A stretch of DNA of 64,000 nt from Glycera tridactyla (Eukaryota): positions 87,544,001 to 87,608,000 of the forward strand of contig OZ286469.1 of assembly GCA_965644265.1 (NCBI GenBank). Reading direction: 5' to 3'. Both the position numbers and the translations under genes were made by a program. A model generated the notes under the pieces. That model saw only the letters and a list, made by a program, of their open reading frames with translations. It was not told the DNA's origin and made no database searches. Below, piece by piece: positions 1-13,294 of this stretch. Numbering within the stretch: the first letter of the stretch is position 1; each line of letters begins with the position of its first letter.

Positions 1-1391
1 AATCTGCCAATGAACATATCTGGAGTGGTCAATATGTTCATCTCATCAATATACATGATCGACACTGTTCCACCAAATATTTCTCAATTGTTGAAACATT
101 GATGTGACAAATGCCGTTGATGACAGTCAAGCGAGAAAGCCAGGGACTACATGTGTTCTGAAGCGCAGAATAAACCTCAGGCGGAAATGGCCACAAAAAT
201 GGGGCGCATGGGCAACAAGTGAGACTTAATTTCAAAAGCTGCCAAGGTGAATATCATTCAAGCCATTGGGTCAATTTCACGAAAGCATGGATGCTTCCCA
301 TTACCCTGAATTCCTTAGGAAACGATGCAAATTGTGAACATTTATGTCAGTTTGTGAGCGCTCATACTCCATACTCCAGTGAAATAGACCCATGGTGCAT
401 TCAAAACGCAAGCAGGTGCATGCAACTGACTGCATTCAAGTTTGCGAGAAAACCACAGCAATGGGGATCACTTATACTGAATCTGTCAGAGACTACCGGG
501 TAGTGTAATGTGGTGTAGGTCATGGAAGAACACGAGAACTGAGATGCCCGACAGGTTTCGGACACATCACCCAGCAATCGAAAGCTGCACACCATGCAGT
601 GACACACATACACGCACACACAGCCTGAACCGCCACTACATTTGTCATCCTCCTCTTTCTGTTAATTATTTTGTCCAATTTTTGCACTACTTAACCAGGA
701 TTTCCCAGCAGGGCGACAATGATATGACTCTTTGCCTGTGTAATTTTCCAGTGTTTCACATTCCTGGTCATGATTTCCCGATAAAACTCCCCCTTGAGGA
801 TCAACTATTTCTTAAATGGTTGCCAAAATGGGAAATGTGTGTTTTGAATAAGGATAGTCTGTTTGGGAAATATGGATGAACTTTAAAGAAACTAAATGTG
901 GTACTCAATTGAAGCTGATAGCAGCTTCTAGTCAAGGTGCAAGTTTGGTTCAGAGCAACTACGTCACTGCTCAATCCTAGACTGGTTTTCGTAATGCTGG
1001 GCCCCTGAAATTGTTGTATTGGACTTTAGCCAGTGAATCTGAGATGATTTGGATGAAATTTTTACAAGATCAATCTAACATCTTCATCAAGTCATAATAA
1101 AAATGCAATATGAGAGGGACACCCATCTGGAGAAAGTTGGAATTTTACTTGCGTAGTCCAGATCCCCGGCCGGGCAATCATGGAAAACATCCACAGAAAA
1201 TTTCAACTGATGTGAAAGTAGTAGAAATCACAAAACTGTGAAGAAAAATCCAAGAATTCAAAGTTGAAAAATGGTTACAAATTGTCTGTGTTTGAGCGAT
1301 TATTGCAGAAAAAGCGCATAAAATCAGAGGGAGAGATGACAACTTGCAAACGCGTGGCAGCACACACAACAGTCGTGTCATCACTACATAC

Positions 1392-1721
1392 ATCCGTATC
1401 AATACGAAGCAATTCCTCGTGGTCGAATTTGAGCGGACTTTCAGGCGGCCCTCGGACAGAGCCGGCCCCACCCCGCAGCTCAATGGAACTGTGCTGCGAG
1501 ACGTCAATGGACGAGGTTGCTAGGGAGCCCCACGTGACGAGCGCATCCGTGGAGTCACTTAAGGGGCCCTCCAGTTCGTTATAGTGGTGGATGCTGGTTA
1601 GCCAGCGTGAGGAGTTGCACAGTTCGCTTGGCGGTTCGATCACCTGCTCGCGACTCTCCGTGAGATCTTCGGGCGGCTCTTCCACTACACTGCCCGCCTT
1701 CAACTCCCCACAACTTTCCGT
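1392..1721 (-). CDS. TACC: Probable TACC exon (TESCGELKAGSVVEEPPED...ELLRIDTD), possibly a cassette
   Basis: Acceptor ttttccttgatgcgatcag and donor gtatgt; 330 nt, phase 0 to 0, within ORF 1275..1703. CpG-rich like the other exons, but no recognisable motif, and the donor choice is less certain. Confidence 0.68.
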
Positions 1722-3656
1722 CTGATCGCATCAAGGAAAAGCCACAAACATCCACCAACAAAGCTTCAGAATTTGCAATATCATTTCAGTTTCTGACAGA
1801 GGCATGGGAATCAATTGTCAGCAAATTTCATACAAACAATCCAACATTCCTAATTTGAAAATTCACACCTGTGTATTATCGAACAATTTCTGTCCAATAC
1901 ATGTCCACTTCAATGAGAGCCACATATCATTCTGAGGTCAGGATTACAAAAAATAACGTTAACTGCGCAAATTTCATGACACAGTGATCTTTCATGTTTG
2001 ACTTGTAACTGAAGATTATGATTGGTTGATCGATTCAAAAGTTGAATGGCAAGTAGCAACCCAAAGAATCATGTACGCCATCTGTTTCACGATCTATGAA
2101 AGCTGACTGCACTGTCTCCTGCAGGCATCACTCTCACAGACCCTGAACACAAGATGATGGGAGTCAAGGTAGTGCTATTGCATCTATGCAAACATTGAAA
2201 TCTGTTCCCAATCTGTGTCGCAATGCCATCACTTAAACATGTACACGACTCTCACATGGAACTACAAGGTGGCATTCAAATTGGGGACGTTACTTTACAA
2301 AATCCCCTAAATAGATTCACTCAAAAGGGAATAAGAAAAAATCATTTAGGCAGCATCATAACCCCTGATTACTTTCAGGAGGGGCCAACACTTATTAGTG
2401 TGAAATGCTCCTATGTTCCCCTCTGGATGCAACCCTCGTACTGGAGTCTGCGATCGGCAAAAAAAGAAAATGAGACTGCCACAGCTTAGAAGCATCTAGT
2501 AAATTAGAGTGTGTTTCCCCTAATCTCCCATGCAGACTGTCGAGAAGAGATTAACGGAAAAGGGCAGAACTCAAAATGCCTCATTTATGCAGAGAAATGT
2601 ATCCATTGAAGGCTGATGATACACTCCTGGGAAGATGAAATAATGGAAAAGACAAGAAGAGATGGGTGGGGAGGAAGGGGAGAAGGTTGGAAGGGAGGAG
2701 TGACGGACTGACGATCCAGGGATGAATATTCATGAGGGCAAGGCTGGTGTGAATATTCATGAGGGCAAGGCTGGTAGTCCACTGGCTGGACCTGTTTACC
2801 ATTAAGATTTCAGTATCTCAAGTGGTGAACACAATCATCATTATCATTATTTTCATTATCTTGATGAAATAAATATGCTAATGACAGATATTTTTTAAGT
2901 CAGTAACTGGAATTTTGGAATGGTTTGATTTTCTTCGCAATCATCACTAGTTAAGAATGAATATGAGCAGATTTCAGTCTGGTTAAGATTAAGTTTCATG
3001 GGGTAATTCATTATAAACCAAACTTTACCCACCCATGAACGTGGGCTTATAATTTACAATGTTTGAGTTATGAGACCCATCTGTACACCAGAAAATTGAC
3101 ATCATGTTCCATCCAAAAGGGTTTATGGGAAGAGAACACCTAAAGCAAAAGAAAGGATTCCAAAACCACTGATCCCGTCAAAGTCAGATCCTGATCATAT
3201 ATACAAACAATGTACCCATCTTGTCAACAAAGGTCCACATGAGAAGGTGAACCTCCGCATGATCACCAAGCAATCAAAATTTCATTTATTTATTTTGCCA
3301 TCTTACTGCATCACTCTTGTACAACATGTGTTGCCTCTTGTACAATTACAAGTTTTTGCTTTTTGGATAATATTAAATTCAAGGACTTTTCAAGGAGTCC
3401 GGAAACATGAATGCAATATATGACAGCAAAAATAGTTTTTGAAGACTTGACAATGATTTCAGTGAGATGTAGCAAATTCCATTTTTTTTTTAAAAATACA
3501 TTTTGAATTTCCTGAAAATCCCTCCACAAGGTTCTCAAAAGTATCTTTTCTGTAATTTCCAACCAGACTGCAGCAATATCTCAATTTCAATTTTTCAATA
3601 AATTTGGGGAATTCAGAAAATTTTCAGAATGTTGGCATGACTGGTTTGAAGATAAG

Positions 3657-3754
3657 GTCTGTTCAACGGGAGTTGAGACCTCACCTGACAGCTACTCTTG
3701 TGTCTGGCGGATGGGAAGCCCCTCCTCCCAGGTCTCAACTCCCGTTGAATAGAC
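3657..3754. repeat. 98-bp foldback: 25-bp inverted repeat around a 48-bp spacer
   Basis: GTCTGTTCAACGGGAGTTGAGACCT (3657-3681) pairs with AGGTCTCAACTCCCGTTGAATAGAC (3730-3754), one mismatch. Confidence 0.85.
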
Positions 3755-4902
3755 AGTAGTTAACGATAGGTTTGGGCTTGTGGACCACAACAGTTGTTGT
3801 CCTTTCATATCATGTGGCACGACTTTCTTCCCAAGACTTGTACCGGTACTCATTGGTATAATCATGGTCATTTGACAGAGAACAGTACTGATTATTTTTG
3901 GAAATTCCCATGATGGTGACACAGATAAATCTATCACATTCAAATATCTAAAGTCAAGATTCTGTCATTCAGATACTAGCCTCTTCTTTCCAATGACAAC
4001 ATGTCCTGGAGATATTTGTGAACAATCCTGATAAAACAGACTCCCCCATCTGAAAAAGGCAATCATATGAGTGGATCAAAGCGTCAGATTCCAATCAAAC
4101 CCAACGCCTTGAGAAGTGATGAATCTGTGCACGGAACACAGGGTTCATTAACCATTCATGTTACATCTGTTTTGGGAAAGCTGACCCATTATAAAGAACT
4201 CAAGTGAGTTAAAGAGTGAAATTGCAGGCCATGGGGAGAGTGTGAATAGGTTTTGCAGAGAGAACCAGATTGCCTCTGATAGCATATCATCGACAGTGAA
4301 GGAGACTTCTGAATATACCTGCCAACATAGTCAGTCACTATTAGTCTCGAAGGTTGATTGATGACAATTTATATTGAAAGTTCAATCAATCACTGGTCAA
4401 GATGGGAATGGCATTTTGGAAATTGCTAACTGATGAGGTATACTTATGGTTCTCAGTCTCCCAAATTTTGTCACATACTAATGAATAGAACTGGTGGGTA
4501 AGAGGGAATTGCTGGGTTCACATGAGATGGACTTAAAGGATACAATCAGTGGGTGTGTACATGGTCACAGAATATAACAGTTGGGGATACTATTAATTCC
4601 TTCTATAACAGATTTGCTCATAATCAAAGTGGAACTTGGTTAGTGGGCACCAATTCCCCAAGCCCCAAAAAAAGATCTCACAGTCAAGGGCTGATGAAAT
4701 TCCCATCTCAACCTGTTATTTGAGTGGAATACAAACCCTGATGCAGGCACCGCAACAGTTTCAACTGAGACATGCGAGAATTAGTCAAAACACAATTAAC
4801 AAAGACGCACATGACCCAAGTCTCAACTTGTCACGAGAAGAAGTGCAGTCGGAGAATGATCACAGAATTCTCAAGTCCACAGACATACTTGACACTCCTA
4901 GA

Positions 4903-5158
4903 CAGGGTTGCCAACCTTTTGATGGAACAAAAATATCGATGAATGTCTGGTGGGATTTTTACCAACCCTCCTCAACATTTTCAACGGCCATTCTCAATAG
5001 AATTATGAACTGAATCATATCGCCTGCCTTAACAGTCAATCTGCGTGTTTGTGGGCGCCAGTGGGCAGGCCTTAGTGTAGATCCCAGAACGTGGCCAAGT
5101 TCCATCCCCCAAAAAGGAGGACAATGACAATCCCCTAAAATAATAGTTGGCATCTCTG
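4903..5158. mobile_element. Degenerate hAT-like MITE
   Basis: Ends are CAGGGTTGCCAAC and GTTGGCATCTCTG, an imperfect TIR similar to the element at 12132; no clean TSD. Confidence 0.45.
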
Positions 5159-5230
5159 TTCTAGTGTCCCAACAATCACAGTAATTGAATTTCGGTCTGC
5201 CCTAGTGCAGTGTCCTTTCATACAACTGAC

Positions 5231-5396
5231 CTGCTTGGGTTTAGCAGCGGGACTTGAAAACAGGAGGTCGACTTCACATGACTTGGGTTGTGCTTCACCC
5301 TCCTCCAGGACCTGCTTCTCCAGGGCTCGCACTGCCGGGTGGCGTGGAGTGGACGACTGATCCTTGGTCGGCGTGCTCATCAACAACAAATCCTCC
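5231..5396 (-). CDS. TACC: TACC exon (EDLLLMSTPTKD...SSPAAKPKQ)
   Basis: Acceptor ttgttaatcatctgcag and donor gtcagt; 166 nt, phase 2 to 0, within ORF 5135..5431. Confidence 0.87.
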
Positions 5397-6091
5397 CTGC
5401 AGATGATTAACAAAACAACCCCAGTCATCACTGATTTTCAAATTACGAATCGGGCATGTGATTTGTCCACAATAAAATACAATGAAAACATGCAAATCTC
5501 AAGATATGCTGACAAACAGATACTATGCTGAATGTCCTGTCTATTCTCTCCACTACCAGCAGCTGTCACCCTTCAAAATATGGAAATTTGCAGATGCAAT
5601 CACATACCAGCTAATCTATACATAAACACGCAGCAAAATTCAAGTGGCTGGTATGACATTCGTTCATGTCGACAAGTGTCAGAATTCTCTGATTGTTTAC
5701 ACAAGAAATTCAACTTCTTAGCTCCAAATATAACATATAGTTTATGAAGAGAACGGTAGATGTCCTGTGATCAACTTGAGTATAAAATGTAGTAGTCAGC
5801 GATGATTTCTAGGACGACAAAACACTAAATCTCATACTATGAGCCACAGAAGATCACACAAATCAGAGGCTCATCTTTCTGCAGTGGAGAACAAAATGCT
5901 ATCATTGTCAGGATTGAATATTTCACAATACACCATTGGCATGTATAGATTAGATTCTAAGAAACCATCCACTCTCTCATGGATTTGAACCTGGATCTCC
6001 AGCGTACCACCAACAACTAAGCCTATGTAGGGGGCGTCGGCATCATCGATATTCGGAAGATATCACTGAGTTGCATATCTCATGGACTTAC

Positions 6092-6246
6092 CCTCGTTCT
6101 GGAATGCTATCCACTATGGGTTTCAACTTGCTAACAGCTTTAGGTAAAGGCCCCCCACCAGCCGGCGAATCTTTGGCAGCGCCTTTCTTGACGAGCGGGT
6201 CGAACTTGACGTAAAGAGACTCGCGTGCTAGCACTGAGGCTGTATT
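6092..6246 (-). CDS. TACC: TACC exon (NTASVLARESLYVKFDPLVKK...IPER)
   Basis: Acceptor ttcttcatttgcag and donor gtaagt; 155 nt, phase 0 to 2. RESLYVKFDPLV matches the family signature RKQSLYLKFDPLL. Confidence 0.93.
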
Positions 6247-6789
6247 CTGCAAATGAAGAAAAGATCACCAATGAAGTGTAAGGCAATAAGCATATTAGTA
6301 CAGGCTTTGACCACTAGAAAATGAGGGAAAAAACTCATGGATATTGATCAAATGCCAGGTTTTACACAAAATGATGCCGATAGATGAGGCAACATGTTTT
6401 GGAATATGGTTACAGAGCTCCTAATTTTCTGAGGTGAGCGGGTCCCTGCGTCCCATGAACTAGAAATATCAGGGGTCATATGTCAAGATGACGGGTCACC
6501 TGTTTATTGATAGTGAATGTGGACAGCTCTAAGCTGGGCCCATTTACCCATAGCAAGAAATTTTGGTGGGCGAAAATAGGGGTCGACGGCCCAGGCCCAC
6601 AAACAGTCTGAAGCATGATGGTCAGATTTCCTCAAACTAACCACACTTTTTCAAAGGTACTTTTTAAAATTCAAGGCATGTAGCAATGAAATGATACAAT
6701 AGCATCCAAGATGACCACATTCATTTATTGGTGTGCCAAATTCATTTATTGGTGTGCATTATTTTAAACTGAACAGGAACTCAACCTAC

Positions 6790-6851
6790 CTCATCATTGC
6801 CGCTTCCGAACTTGTCAAGCATGTCCCACGCCGCTGAGTCATTGAACAACG
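6790..6851 (-). CDS. TACC: TACC exon (ALFNDSAAWDMLDKFGSGNDE)
   Basis: Acceptor ttttctgttgacag and donor gtaggt; 62 nt, phase 1 to 0. DMLDKFG aligns by eye with TACC3 DYLEQFG. Confidence 0.88.
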
Positions 6852-7274
6852 CTGTCAACAGAAAACACATGGCAAGCAAATTAGAAACGCTGTACATAAG
6901 ACTTCTGGCTAGAACGTTCAGATTCCAAGTGAGTATACTTATATTCCTCCACCAATTATCCTGCAGGAAATTTTGAAAGCAGATCACCTTCTGAAAAAGA
7001 AAAGTAGAAACAAAAATCTTCTTTAGAAATGCAAAATCTTGACCACAGCAGAATTGGTAAGGTATACTCATAAGTTGAACATAAGGTGACTCCAAAAAGA
7101 AGACATTTTTTTTCATGAGCTGAGCCTTTTTCTTTGCAGAGCAGGTTGATTTTTTTCATGTGGGTACCAGGTAGGTAATTTGATCTCTACCCGTGAATAC
7201 TACAGAACATGTGATTAGGCCCCAATCCCATTCACCATAATCCAGTACACACCTAACAAGAGGAAAGCCTTTTC

Positions 7275-7583
7275 ACAAATGATTTTAGCAAATTGGAAAT
7301 AATTCTAGTAATCCCGAAAACACCATGTCCTAATCAGACAGCACTTCATCGAATCAATTCACCAATTTGGAAATTTAATAGCATTCTTATGAGAAATCAA
7401 TTACTTTTGCTATAAAATGGAATATGGGGAAAAAATCATCCACAAATCCCCTACCACCACCTTTCTGCCATCAGGATTGGAAATTACTTCAGCTAACTAT
7501 TTTAGCAAATCAAATTTTTCTTTAAAGCATTTGACCTATCTGATTAGCTATGGCTAAAGCGCTAATCTATAGAGTGAACCCTG
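7275..7583. mobile_element. Dispersed MITE family copy (also 26974-27233 and ~45135-45342)
   Basis: Shared internal text (ttctgccatcaggatt...attttagcaaatcaa...gattagcta...aaagcgct.atctatagag.gaaccctg) in all three copies. Confidence 0.7.
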
Positions 7584-8094
7584 AAGACCACTTTTAGATT
7601 ACATTCAGGGTGGTCTCTCAACCCAAGTTTCACTGTTTCTATGTCTTTTTACAGGATCACACAACATTAGTGCTGGTAAATTCACTGGATGACCGGGACA
7701 GTAACGGCTTTGATCACGTGACTCATTACAGAGATGGGAGTAGCACAGTGGGCTATAAAACCTAGAGTATGCTATAAAAGCTGGAGATCTAGTCATCCCC
7801 AGGGATCAGGTACCAGCAATGGATGTCAGACTTAATACAGGTGTTGAAAAACGCCAGATTAGTGACATAATGTGATCCCTGCTTTCTGTCCTCACTACAC
7901 TGGAGAGTTGACCGTGATGCATGACTCTACCAGCAGTCTGCTACTGAAGAAAGGCAGTCTTTGTTTGAGCAATCAAGAAAAGCACCATTGTTACCCAGCA
8001 AATCCCTTCACATAGGACTCGGATAACTGTAAAACAGGGCATTAAGTCCAACTATGCGAGATGCACTCTTGTAATCATTCCACAGTGCTAAGGC

Positions 8095-8195
8095 ATGTAT
8101 GCACACACACACGTACATACACATGCATGCACACGCACACACACACACACTGACACATGTGCGCTAGCACACACACACTCGCACAAGCACACACA

Positions 8196-8265
<70 letters not shown>
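8095..8265. repeat. (CA)n microsatellite
   Basis: Visible CA run with imperfect flanks. Confidence 0.95.
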
Positions 8266-8269
<4 letters not shown>

Positions 8270-9024
8270 TAATATGTAGAAGTACATCCAGATTACTGTA
8301 ATGTGGGACCCAAATGACCCTCCAGTTGAAACAGTAGTAGTCTAGGCACATGAAGACTGGTGGATTTCTTTTCCAACTGCTAGTAGGTAATCATTACGGG
8401 TAATTCTTTGCTCAGTCGACTTCGCATTGTGATTGCACCATCCAGGAAAAAAAAAGAAGCCAATGAAGTGAGATACAACACCACTTTAGTTGAAGGTATC
8501 GAGGAATCATGGCATCAGCAACTGTCCAATTGGGAGCCAAGATGAACTTGTACCCCGATCCAAGCATGTTGAACTGCCAATCAATTCTGCACCCTATCTC
8601 CACTAATTCTGGTTCGATTTTCATGATCTAAACACCAAAATACTTGGCATTAATTATTTGCTAGATGCTTTGTCACAGATAATATGCAAATCTGAAGTTC
8701 AGCAGAACTGTCACATCCCTGCATCTGACATCACCCAGATGAAGCAACATGTGGCATATCTGACAGGCTGGAAGTGGAGATCTGTACTCTGCACTGAGGC
8801 AGGCAAGCAGTTTATTTGGCCAAGCCAGAAGCCAGTGCAGATAAGGCAGGTTTGGTGGGGGCTGACGGATCTATAGGTGGTAATATTTGGCAGCAGTAAC
8901 TTCCGATAATGTGGACAGAATCAATAGCACCTCACAAACAGGTAACAGCTGTAGGACGACGGGTCCCCTGCATAACAAAACACATTCGGGCAAATACAAG
9001 CACATGTAACATGGTGACTACACA

Positions 9025-9290
9025 AACGCAGGGATATTCCTGGAGTGAGATTTGGGGAGAATCTCTCATCAAATTTTCAAATGTCCCATTTGTCTGCATG
9101 TGCTTGGGACCAATTGCCCCAATGGCTCTGATCAAAGCACCAAGAGATGCCAGAATTTCATTTACTTTCAAGCTACATCTGAGCGTACTTCAGAGCAGTC
9201 GCTAATATTATTACAGTATTCACTGTTGTCTGTTCACTTTGAGACAAGCCTAATCTGAGGCTTCTTAATATAAAACATCAAACATTTCGT
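9025..9290. repeat. Dispersed repeat, second copy at ~44582-44760
   Basis: Both begin cagggatattcctggagtgagatttgg...agaatctctcatcaaatt.t.aaatgtccc and stay alignable by eye to ...acatttcgtt. Confidence 0.75.
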
Positions 9291-12131
9291 TCCTGACGAG
9301 GGAGGAATTGTCTCATTGAGCTAAGAAATGTCCCATTCGTTTTAGGTCATATGACACATTTGTCTCATTCTTTTCTTTACTCAGGAATTTCCCCGCAAAC
9401 GTCCATAGTGGGTAACTAGATCCACTATATCACAGAGTAACCTGCGAAAAGAGACCTGCAACAAGAGACCACCTCTGATGTGAGACCACATACAGAGCAT
9501 ATTGAAATGCATGATTACCACCTCTATATAAAGGCCACACTGAACCTTGACTGCAATCATATTCTCTATACAAAGCAACCTCTCTACAAAAGTCACCTGT
9601 TCATAAATATCACTTTGATGGAACCAAAGGTGGTCTCAATAGACAAATTTGACCGTATGCCTCTTATAAACAGGGATGTGATCAGTTCACAACCAGAAAC
9701 CCTGACTGGAGGCACTTTTCACCAAGATTTCGTTAACCAAGAAACCCCACTGAGTGCTAACTGATGGCTACTAAAACTCAATACAAACCCTGCTCTATCT
9801 CCCCTTATTCCGGTCTGATTTTCATGATCTAAAAGCCACGATAATCAGCATAAGGTGCCTTTTCCTGTAATATGCATAAATTGCTGAATTTGAGATGAAA
9901 AATATGGAAATCCACAAATCCGTGAAACAATTACATCCTTGTATGAGAGATTACATCAAGAATCGGTCATATTTAGTTAGTTTTCTAATGACAATGTGGG
10001 TTCCACAGTAAAACCTGTCTACAAAGACCATCGTTTGTTGCACCAGAGAGAGGTTTTCATGGACAGGACAGGTTGCCCGCTAGGGAAAATACTGCCGCAG
10101 TGACAGCTCAGGTGGCTTTTGAAATAAGGTGGTTTCTCTCGGGCAGGTGGACTGTACTAGCAGACAGGAAATGAAGTCAAGAGGAGGGTACGATCAAGAG
10201 AAATACCAAGGGAAATACCTTCTACCAGTTCACAGAGCTAGTATCAGTCCAAGCTTGTCCATAGGCTGTATCCAACCCATTAAATCCACCAAATAGCAGC
10301 CACTAGAGGGAAATCCATCAATGAAATGTCTACAGAAGCTTACATGTCATTCACTTCTATCTTCTGAGTCACATCAGTCTTCCTCATCGGCTGTCAGGAT
10401 ATCCAGACAGTTTCGGAATAAGTCAGAAGCCGTTAGAACCGTTGCCGGAGTATAGCTGTTAGTGGGCTGATCTGGTGATGGAATGTATCACATAGCCACC
10501 AGCAGCCTCTCAGCTGGTTGCTATGACAATAGCCAAAGGGAATGACAACATAACACGCCTGCTGATGCTACGCTGATGCTGCTGCTGAGGCGGGGGACTG
10601 TCTGGTGAAATGATGGTCACCAACCATCAGCCCATGTCTAGCCTGATAGATGCTCTCTTTTAACAAAAACATATTCACAAAACAAATGTGTGCACCCATG
10701 CACACCAATAACAAACATATGCATGCATGCATACGCGCACAATATGAAATGAACAAAACCTTTGTGTATTACATTTCCAACTTGTCCATGGACGAAATCC
10801 ATTCAAATTGCTGAGATATTTTGTTTGTGACAGAATAACATCAGATTCCAGTGCACTTTGACCTGAATAGGTGACAGATGTTACCAAGCCCCAGGCGAGC
10901 TAGATATCTCAAATTGACCCATTCTTTCTCCAGCCTGAATCAAAATAACAAGTACATGGTATGGATGCAAGTGTAAGCATTTCCAAATTCCAAATCCAGA
11001 TTCCTCATGGCAGGTGGATTTTCTCGGTGGGCAGGTGGTTCTCAGTCTTACCTGGCCAATAGACGGGTGAAAAATGATTTTAAGAGACTTGGATTAAATA
11101 TTCAGAATGCTGTTTTTTGTAGGTGAATATACATAACATTTTTAGGAACTCACATGTTAAAACCAGAGTTCTTTCGGCCAGCCAGATAGTAATGAACTCA
11201 TGTACTCATGCAGACATACAGGGATGGTGAATATCAAAGAACCTCTGTGAATATGCACACTGGTACACTGTCGGTCTGCTAAGACTTGCACAATCACATA
11301 GATGCCAACCTCTGACGGCCAAAAATAGTAGCAGTGCAAATTTCAAAGAGTAGCTGTGCCAAAATTTGCAATGGAATAATAAGAGAAATCCAAATTTTTC
11401 AGAGTAGCATCACTTGTAAAATGCAAGAATTCTGGCCTGAAAAGAGTAGTTGCTACTCCAAAATCGTAGCAGTTGGCATCTCCGCAATCATCAGTTAGCC
11501 TGCCAGTGATCCTCCAGCTATTGATCTGAGTACTAGAATCTGATGTTGGACAACATGCGATGTGTTCTGATGTGTTCTGCAGTACCGAAAAAAACGTTGT
11601 ACCTTGCCATCGCCATATCGTGTGGAGGCATGCCAACATTGATGATGCTTAAATTGCTGCCTCTTCCAGGTTGGCTTTCTACATGAGACTAGAGCTCTAG
11701 GCAGCCTGTACTCTGCTGGCTCGCATACAAGATCAGAGATAGTCATAAGAGTTTATGTGCCCTGGGCTAAGCTAAGGGTTGCCCTACTGGCACAGGCAGG
11801 CAGATTTGTTGTTAGGGCAGGTGATATTATCAGTGTGCCCGCCATTATTTAGGCTATGAATATATTCAGGACAGGTGAAAATGAGAGGGAGGGTAGGTAA
11901 AAATCACACTTCACCTGCCTGAAGGACAGCTGAAGGAAAAAGTTAATGTAGAGCCCTGCAGAGAGTAAACCTTGTACAGCAAGAATCAATTTTTGGATGT
12001 CTTCAAGCCCTGACTAACCCTGGTTACATAGGCTTAAGCCAGGATACCAAAACACAATATCACTCTCAAAATTGGCATTTCCATGCCACTCCAAGGCATG
12101 TGAACAGACACACTAGGAATCCATAGTTTCA

Positions 12132-12790
12132 CAGGTCTGCCAACCTCCGAAAATCGGTTTCAGTACCCGGAGACCCCATTTTCAGTAGCCTGGGCCCATT
12201 TTCAGTAACCAATTTTCAGTAACCTTTTTCAATGTATAGAAGTGGTATTATGACATTAAACTGTATGACACTGTATGAAAGTGGCCTATGTAGGATGGTG
12301 GTTTGTGCATGTTTGACTATTGGCATTATTTACTCGTATTCGTGGATCTTGTCACTTCCTTCAATAGTTCCGATAAATACCGCCGCCGCCATGTGTGGCG
12401 CTGTAAAACTCGCAATTTGCATGAAACCCCGCCATCTATCGCAAATTTGACATTTTACGATAGTTCCGATTATCTCCGCCACCCAACACGGGTGGCGCTG
12501 TGAAACTCGCATCTTTCATGAAACCCCGCCATCGCTAATTTGCTGAACTGCAATTGGATCACCTCGAAGTCTCGCGCAATTCTACCTCCACAACAATGCA
12601 AGATGGCGGCGCCCTCAGATTACATGTTTTCGCGCAATAAAGCCGGATTTCTACACAGTTTTCAACGATTTATCGGGATTTTTAGCCGGTGGATGTAAAA
12701 ATCGTAACCAGCGACGGCAAATCAGAACTTGCGGAGTTTGCCGTGAAAATCGTACTAGTTACGGGAAATGCGGAATACTTGGCAGCCCTG
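12132..12790. mobile_element. Non-autonomous hAT-like element with a 6-bp TSD (GTTTCA)
   Basis: TIRs CAGGTCTGCCAA and TTGGCAGCCCTG; GTTTCA at 12126-12131 and 12791-12796. CpG-rich interior with a ~95-bp internal duplication. Confidence 0.75.
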
Positions 12791-13294
12791 GTTTCATTCC
12801 AAGATTTGCAACTGGCTACAAACCCAAATAGAACATATGTAGATACTGTACAACACCAGACACTGAATGAAATACAGCAAAGCCAATGGTATTCTGTCAG
12901 AGACACCAGACTCCGAGCTTGTGTTTGCTACAGCCTTCACAAATCACATCTGTCAAAATGACTCACCACTACGAGCTCCCCTCATCTCTCTCACCACAAA
13001 ATTCTGTCTATGCCACCCGATGTCATCTCCAGTGGCTTTTTTGGCTTCTACACCACACCGCACCCAACATCCCAGGTGGCAAATACATCTGATATCAAGC
13101 CAATCTAACAATCCACCGAAATGATATCTACTCCTCTCTTCCTAGCATTGCCAATATATCACGCCTAATGTAACTTCCCTGATGACTTGAGACTGGAATA
13201 CAGTGAACTCTGCAATGACCCACCCTGAAGTCCTTACCTTTCAACAAAAGCAATCTTACACAAAAGGTGGTCTCATGTTCGAGGTGAATATAAC

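Noticed and set aside
11343-11639. 98-aa minus-strand ORF behind a strong acceptor (11576)
   Set aside because: In the phase required by exon 34921 it reaches TAG after 13 codons; no donor or recognisable domain.
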